From assembly GCA_000092065.1 (NCBI GenBank), contig CP000587.1: 64,000 nt of DNA. The stretch is one strand, 5' to 3'. The position numbers were made by a program, and so were the translations under genes. This document shows, one piece after another, positions 58,630 to 64,000 of this stretch. The notes under the pieces are model-generated. The model saw nothing but the letters and a program-made list of their open reading frames with translations. It was not told the origin of the DNA and did not search any database. Origin of the DNA: Ostreococcus lucimarinus. Lineage: Eukaryota. The stretch's first letter is position 1. The number at the start of each line of letters is the position of its first letter.

Positions 58630-60903
58630 TCATCGAGGAGACGCCGTCGCGTCCGCAGACTTGGCCGGCGACGGGGTAACTTCTTGCGAAAGTAAGAAGA
58701 CGTTGACCACGCGCGCGGCGATGCGTTCGGCGAGACCGGTGGCGACGTGTTGGACGAAGATGCTCGCGCTCGGTTTGCGCAAAGCTTCGGTGAAGGGCGT
58801 CAGCGTCTGCGGATCAAAGCCTTTGCTCGACGAAAACATTTCGACGATGCGTAGTACTTGCTCACGCTTTTCCAAGAGCTTGGCTTCTTGCTTGGCGTTG
58901 CCGAACGTGAGCGGTGGTAAAGCGCGGAGTTCCGCCGGAAGGGCGGCTACGATGGGCGCCAAAGCGTCGGACTTGGCCGAATCCATGGCCGAGCCGAGAA
59001 GGATGGCTTCGAGCACCTTCACGGTTTCTGCCTCGATAAGCGGACGAAGGGTGTTCTTCGCCTCACCCGGCTTATCTTCACCGATGGCGAGTTCGATGAG
59101 CGGCGGCACTACAGCTGCGGCGTCGTAGTCATCACTCTTGCTGCCCTCGCGCAGCAAGTTTTCGAGACGATTCCATCGAAACTTGCCATCCTGGAAGAGC
59201 AGCTCGGCGAATGAATCTCGAAGTTGCGGGCGAGGATCTGTGAGCAAACGCCGCGCCATATACGGGTACGCCTTGGCTAAGACCTTAAATTTTGGATCCG
59301 TCGTGAGCGCCAAGCCTTCAAGCACGGTGAGGGAGCGCAAAATAAGCGCGTAGTAACCTGGCACGTTGAACGGGTACTTGTACAACACCGCCCCGAGCCC
59401 ATCCGTGATAGTCTTGAAGTTCAACTCGTCTACGGTAGCTTCAAGCACATCATCGAAGAATTCTTCGAGCGCCGGCACGATTGGTGTCACGTCTACGCTT
59501 TCATCTAAAAACTCCAAGGCGTAGTAATCGTTTGCCATCTCGACGTAGTCGCGGTTCACCAAGTGAACGACGTGATCGATGATGGCGTACCGCGCGCTCT
59601 CCGGCATCTCACTCATCATCCCGAAATCTAAGAACGCCAATCGACCGTCTGGAGTGGCGAGTAAGTTTCCTGGATGCGGATCTGCGTGAAAGTAACCAAA
59701 CTCTAAGAGTTGTCTGAGCGAACACTGAATACCGGAATCTACGAGCGCGAGCACGTCCAAGCCTTGCGCCTTGAGCGATTCTTGGTCGCTTAATTTCGTT
59801 CCTTCAATCCACTCCATGGTGATGACACGGGGCGACGTGGTTTCCCACTCGATCCCCGGAACGACGATGTCTGGTCGATCTCCGTACAGTCGCGCAAAGC
59901 GCTCGGCGTTGCGACCCTCTTGTACGTAATCCAACTCTTGGAACACTCTCGCGGCGAATTCATCCACGAGCTCAACCACAGACGTGTTCAAAGACGTCAC
60001 GAGCTTGTCGATCACCACCGCACCCGAACGAATCAGGAAAAAATCTAAATCTAAGCCCCCCTCTATGCTCGGCCGTTGCACCTTGAGCGCGACATCCCGA
60101 CCCTCCATCGTCACCGCCTTATAAACCTGTCCGAGACTTGCCGCTGCGATTGGCGACGGCGATATCTTTTGGAACATCGTCTCTAAAGGTCGTCCGAGTT
60201 CCTTCTCTACCAACGCGAACGCATCTGCATCCGCGAACGTCGGCAACGCGTCTTGTAGCGTGCTCAGCTCTTCCAGATACTGCGTCGGCAACAAATCCGG
60301 TCGCGTACTAAGCGCCTGTCCGACCTTCACGAACGCCGGTCCGAGTCGCGTGAGTTTCTCTCTCAACTCAGCCGCACGTTTCCTCGCGTTCTCCTCCACG
60401 GTGCCTCTTTGATAATCCAACGCCACGCTCGCCGCGAACGAGCTCAGACTCGTCGCGATGTCCGCCGCGCGCGCCGCCACTCGCACCGGATCCTTGGTGA
60501 ACTTCGCCGCGCTCGCCTCCGGCGCGTACCGCAGCGGCGATTGACTCCGCATCGCCGCCCGGCGCTGCGCGTCCGTGGTCGGGACCTCGCCATCGCCCGC
60601 GCCGAAGGATGATTTCGACGTCGTGACGTCGATGCGTTCGTCGCGTTCGTCGCGCTCGAACGTCGACGCGCGAGGCGGTTCCGCGATCGCGTTCGCGCGC
60701 ACGTCTCGAGCGCGCGCGTCCGGCGAGCTTTGCGGAGCCGCGACGCGCGCGCGCGGCGCGGCGTCGGCGCGCGCGGCGACGAAGGCGCGCGCGGGGCGTC
60801 CCCGCGTGGGTTTCGCGTCGACGTTGCGGCGCCGACGCGCGCGCGCGGTGGCGACGTTGACGACACCGTCGGCGCGGACGCGCGGTGATGCGTTCGAACG
60901 CAT
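58630..60903 (-). CDS. ABC1/ADCK-family atypical kinase (plastid ABC1K-like)
   Basis: ORF 757 aa with ATG at 60903. The ABC1 domain is LGPAFVKVGQALSTRPDLLPTQYLEELSTLQDALP...AAASLGQVYKA...VALKVQRP...FHADPHPGNLLATPDGRLAFLDFGMM. Confidence 0.85.
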   Translation of the reverse strand: MRSNASPRVRADGVVNVATARARRRRNVDAKPTRGRPARAFVAARADAAPRARVAAPQSSPDARARDVRANAIAEPPRASTFERDERDERIDVTTSKSSFGAGDGEVPTTDAQRRAAMRSQSPLRYAPEASAAKFTKDPVRVAARAADIATSLSSFAASVALDYQRGTVEENARKRAAELREKLTRLGPAFVKVGQALSTRPDLLPTQYLEELSTLQDALPTFADADAFALVEKELGRPLETMFQKISPSPIAAASLGQVYKAVTMEGRDVALKVQRPSIEGGLDLDFFLIRSGAVVIDKLVTSLNTSVVELVDEFAARVFQELDYVQEGRNAERFARLYGDRPDIVVPGIEWETTSPRVITMEWIEGTKLSDQESLKAQGLDVLALVDSGIQCSLRQLLEFGYFHADPHPGNLLATPDGRLAFLDFGMMSEMPESARYAIIDHVVHLVNRDYVEMANDYYALEFLDESVDVTPIVPALEEFFDDVLEATVDELNFKTITDGLGAVLYKYPFNVPGYYALILRSLTVLEGLALTTDPKFKVLAKAYPYMARRLLTDPRPQLRDSFAELLFQDGKFRWNRLENLLREGSKSDDYDAAAVVPPLIELAIGEDKPGEAKNTLRPLIEAETVKVLEAILLGSAMDSAKSDALAPIVAALPAELRALPPLTFGNAKQEAKLLEKREQVLRIVEMFSSSKGFDPQTLTPFTEALRKPSASIFVQHVATGLAERIAARVVNVFLLSQEVTPSPAKSADATASPR

Positions 60904-61082
60904 CGCTCGCGCGACCGTTCGCGCGTGCGAGCGTTCGTCGGGAGTGGAACTGTGTGGATAGAGTGGCGACGGGGCCCTGTGGCGGCGAGCGGGACGGCGA
61001 CGCGGGAGCCGACGGGCGAAACGGCGCGCGCGTGGGATATCACTGAGAATAACGCTGGATATTGAATGCTAGGTCTTCTAAA

Positions 61083-61120
61083 ACGTTTAAGACGTTTAAC
61101 GTTTACGCATGACGTTTAAG
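61083..61120. repeat. Short AT-rich tandem motif (ACGTTTAAG x3 with variants) in the GlyRS 3' flank and ABC1K promoter
   Basis: acgtttaagacgtttaacgtttacgcatgacgtttaag, read directly. Confidence 0.6.
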
Positions 61121-61130
61121 ACGCGCTCGA

Positions 61131-63403
61131 TTACTCGTCCGCCGCGGTGGCTTGCTTTTCGAAGCCCGCTGTGGCGGTTTCCCAGTCGACGGTCATCTTG
61201 CACAACCGACCGAGAAGGCCAGGAACTTCGGGAATCGGCACGCGAACTTGACCGCACGAATCGCGCTCGCGAACGGTGACGGTGTTCTCGGTGACGGATC
61301 TGTGATCGACGGTGACGGCGAACGGGACGCCGAGCTCGTCGGTGCGCGCGTATCGCTTGCCGACGGAAATCGCGGTGGCGTCGAGCTTGGCGCTGATACC
61401 GTTCGTGGTCAACATCTTGTTCATTTCGGCTGCAATGGCGTTCAATTTGTCATCGTTCACGAGCGGGAAGATGGTGGTCTTGATCGGCGCGACGACCGGG
61501 GTGAGGCGGAGCACGGTTTTCTGTTCGTCATCCGGACGAATGTAAAAGGCGTGCTCGAACATGCAGTACATGATGCGGCCGATACCGAAGGATGGCTCGA
61601 TGACGGACGGAGTGTAGTTGCGCCCGTTCACCGTCTTCGTGACTTTTTCCACGGTGAACATGTCAGCCGCGATCTGTTGCTCACCGTTCTCTGTTTGAAG
61701 CGGAGCCGAACCATTCGCCGCGCACGCGTCTTGCAAAGCAAAAGCATCAGCTTCACTCAACGCAAGGAGCGCATCCGTGACGGGCTTCGCGTCTTTCTTG
61801 AAAGCCTTGCCGAGCACCTTTTTGTTCGGCGTGATCTCCACGACCGTCTCTTCGATCGGCTTGTCGAAGCGTTCGTACGCCACCAAATCCACCTTAGACT
61901 TGTCCGAGTGCGCCTTGAGATCGAACGCCGAACGATCGGCGAGCCCGACGCACTCAATCCAACCGTACGAACACTGAATTTCAGCGTCCCAGCAATCGGC
62001 GGCGTAGTGCGCCATCTCGTGCTTCAGGTGTTGACGGAAGCGAAGACGATTGGTGTCGATGCCAATTTGAACAAGGAACAAGTGGCATCGAGCAATGAAA
62101 TAACCCAAAGTTTCGTTCGCGATGATGCCCTTGCTCACGGCCTCGCCCACAGTCATCGGGAACGGCTTCTTCACCTCACCCAGCTGTGCGTCCTGGCTAA
62201 AGAGACTGAGAACGGTGTCCGCAACTTCGGCAAATCGTGGGTGCTCCTTGTGCTCCGGATGCACAAAGTGCTCGATTTCCGCTTGCGTAAACTCACGCAC
62301 GCGCAACAATCCAGCGCGCGGTGCGATCTCATTACGGAAGCTTTGACCAATCTGCGCCGCGGCAAACGGGAGCTTGCCACCGTTGTAGTAGAGCAAATCT
62401 CTAAAGTTGACAAAGATGCCCTGCGCGGTTTCGGGGCGCAAGAAACCCTTTACCGCCCCGGACGGACCAATTTGCGTCGGGAACATCAAGTTAAACGGAT
62501 ACGGCTCGCTCAAATCGTTGCCTGTGACCGGTGCCTTGGTGTTGGTGTCCTTGAGCGCCGCAGACATTTGTTCAACGTTGAGCTCGTCGATGCACGCTTG
62601 CAAATCTTCCAACTCGCGTCTGCGGTCGGCCTTCAACATCGGGTCACGCAACAGCTCCTCCACCACTTCTTCGAGCAAGTGATCGGCGCGGAAGCAATCT
62701 TTTGTCACGACATCGTTCACCATGAGATCAGTGAACTTTTCGACGTGCCTGGGATGATGGATAAAAATATCGTCAGTCTCGCGTCGCCCGGTCGTCGTCT
62801 TCGTGTCGCATCTCGTTCGACATTCGACGCAAAAACCTCAGCGGTTTGAGTGCGTTAAGCTTAATAATCACGGTTTACTCAGCGATAGCTGGAACTTAAT
62901 TGATTCGTCACAGGTAATCGGTCGAATGTCTCCGAAGTCGGCTCAAGTTCGCGTTTTGGATATCGTTCTCGCTCGTCGCGCACGTACCCCGAAGCCCTCA
63001 GCACTGGTTCCGGCGTCACCGCCGGGCACTCCACCTCCAACATGCTCTCCTCGAGCACGAAATGTTGCCTCCAAAACTGCTGCACGTTCGATTTCACCGC
63101 GCACCCCGGCGGCCCGTAGTCGTACAACCCCGCCACGCCGCCGTAAATCTTAAACGACGGAATATAAAACAGCCGGCCCTCGAGCAACTGCCCGAGTTTC
63201 GCGCGGAACTCTTCCTTCGCTTTCGCCTCGGCGTTCCCCGCCTCCTTGAGCGCGTTCAGGTCCTTCTCCAGATCGACTTTCAGTCGCTTCAGCTCGGCGA
63301 TGGCGGCTGCGATCGCATCCGCGTCGGCGTTTTGCGCCTTGAGCGCGCGCACCTGCGCGCCCGCCGCGTTCACCTCCTCTTGCTTTTGCTCCAGGGCGTC
63401 CAT
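61131..63403 (-). CDS. Glycyl-tRNA synthetase (eukaryotic dimeric type, with an N-terminal WHEP domain), 2 exons with an intron at 62749..62987
   Basis: Exon 1 (63403..62988) carries the WHEP region (MDALEQKQEEVNAAGAQVRALKAQNADADAIAAAIAELKRLKVDLEK) and LFYIPSFKIYGGVAGLYDYGPPGCAVKSNVQQFWRQHF...PEPVLRASG. The donor is GTACGT. The 239-nt intron has ACTGAC at 62777..62772 and a polypyrimidine tract TTTTTATCCATCATCCCAG. Exon 2 (62748..61131) continues G-HVEKFTDLMVNDVVTKDCFRADHLL...RPETAQGIFVNF. The junction exactly restores SGHVDKFADFMVKD of human GARS. The spliced product is about 677 aa. Confidence 0.85.
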
Positions 63404-63676
63404 GCGTGCTCGGCGTCCGCGTCGCGCGCGTTCGTGTGACGCGTCGATCGCGGCAAAACGCGACGCGGTGATTTCCACTCATGACGACCTCGCGCGCTCG
63501 ATAACGCGCGCGCGACGCGATCGCGGCGGCCATGCGAACGATACGACATCATTACATCGCCAGCGGCACGCGCGATGGACGAGAGGTGCGCGCGCGCGAC
63601 GCGGCGGGACGTCGATGATTAAGTGAATAAAGCGACTCGAAGGCGACGACTGACGACGCTTCGACGACGACCGCAG

Positions 63677-64000
63677 CGCGCGTGCGCGACGCTGGTGCGA
63701 GAGCTCATTCGAAACGATGTCGCGACGTGCGTGTTCGCGGACGATCGAATGGCGATGGATTTGGTGATGGAGCTCGTTCGAGAGGCGGCGCGAGACGCGA
63801 ACGTCGACGCGTTCGCGCCGCACGACGACATGGCGACGTTCGCGCGAGAGCGAGACTATAACGACTGGCTCGCGCGATCGTACGGTGACGATCGCACGAC
63901 GCCGATGTTGGTGACGACGGACGCTTTCTCGTCGCCGACGCCGGCGCGGACGCGGTGTCTCGTGCACTTTGATTTTCCGCGAGACGCGTCGCAATATCGC
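63677..64000 (+). CDS. Partial exon encoding a DEAD-box helicase C-terminal-domain-like segment with degenerate motifs; runs off the window end
   Basis: The frame is open from 63623 to the window end. LVRELIRNDVATCVFADDRMAMDLVMELVRE...APHDDMATFARERDYNDWLARSYGDDRTTPMLVTTDAFSSPTPARTRCLVHFDFPRDASQY follows the spacing of the eIF4A helicase-C domain (VIFCNT...HGDMPQKERESIMKEFRSG..VLISTD..ARG.D...V.LVINYDLP...Y), but the motif V ARGxD is replaced. No N-terminal RecA domain can fit upstream, because GlyRS occupies the space. An ACTGAC (63648..63653) plus CAG (63674..63676) signature sits just 5' of it. Confidence 0.3.

Noticed and set aside
63575-63676. Possible 11-nt mini-exon (ATG GAC GAG AG, then GTGCGC) upstream of the helicase-like exon, using the ACTGAC/CAG signature at 63648..63676
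   Set aside because: The phase of this donor (2) and of the acceptor (0 for the helicase-like frame) do not match. Splicing would lead into a frame with an early stop. I treat it as coincidence unless transcript data say otherwise.

Overview
This 64 kb window looks like compact, very GC-rich (about 65-70%) nuclear DNA from a photosynthetic picoeukaryote. It is most consistent with a prasinophyte green alga such as Micromonas, because it carries a prasinophyte-type LHC gene and plastid-function genes, with extreme GC3 codon bias, short GC-rich introns and tiny intergenic spacers. That organism assignment is my inference, not a database result. There are no prokaryotic features: no operons, CRISPR arrays, rRNA or tRNA were seen.

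About 42 protein-coding genes are packed on both strands, roughly one gene per 1.5 kb, many with divergent promoters under 150 bp. Several of the supplied ORFs start at GTG or TTG, so I re-checked starts against real ATG codons. I recognise these products: diacylglycerol kinase, an Aha1 N-domain protein, a MED14-like protein, a Rieske-only oxygenase, a Lon-N domain protein, a YciI-like protein, a RETICULATA-related protein, a RibD-DUF1768 fusion, CDC23/APC8, LHC, a TopBP1-like BRCT protein, a SANT plus U-box protein, SMC6, a CDP-alcohol phosphotransferase, ChlM, POLD4, an MFS transporter, DPH2, a DCL-domain protein with RGG repeats, NSE1, TRM61, a GGCT-like protein, a TFIIS-domain protein, V-ATPase subunit e, Rab6, RPA3, SufD, an S6K-like AGC kinase, a UBL-BAG protein, an F-box/WD protein, ribosome recycling factor, a 1560-aa STAND NTPase with TPR repeats, an ABC1 kinase and glycyl-tRNA synthetase. 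A few small hypothetical genes are also listed.

The most useful pattern is the intron grammar. Read against homologs, nine introns all share one rigid signature. The donor is GTGCG[TC] or GTACGT. An invariant ACTGAC branch motif lies 17-33 nt upstream of a CAG or TAG acceptor. Many of these introns are in-frame with no stop codon, which is why they sit inside apparently continuous ORFs. Using this signature I recovered a hidden first exon of a small gene at 9269..9843. I also propose an extra intron in the RETICULATA-related gene.

Other points worth a second look are the STAND/TPR protein with a Walker A that has lost its lysine, a Rieske oxygenase with no mononuclear-iron motif, an NSE1 with no RING, SMC6 and NSE1 lying close together, several tandem repeats in promoters and 3' regions, and TGTAA motifs just past several stop codons. 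All coordinates and calls come from reading the sequence by eye. Nothing has been checked against a database.
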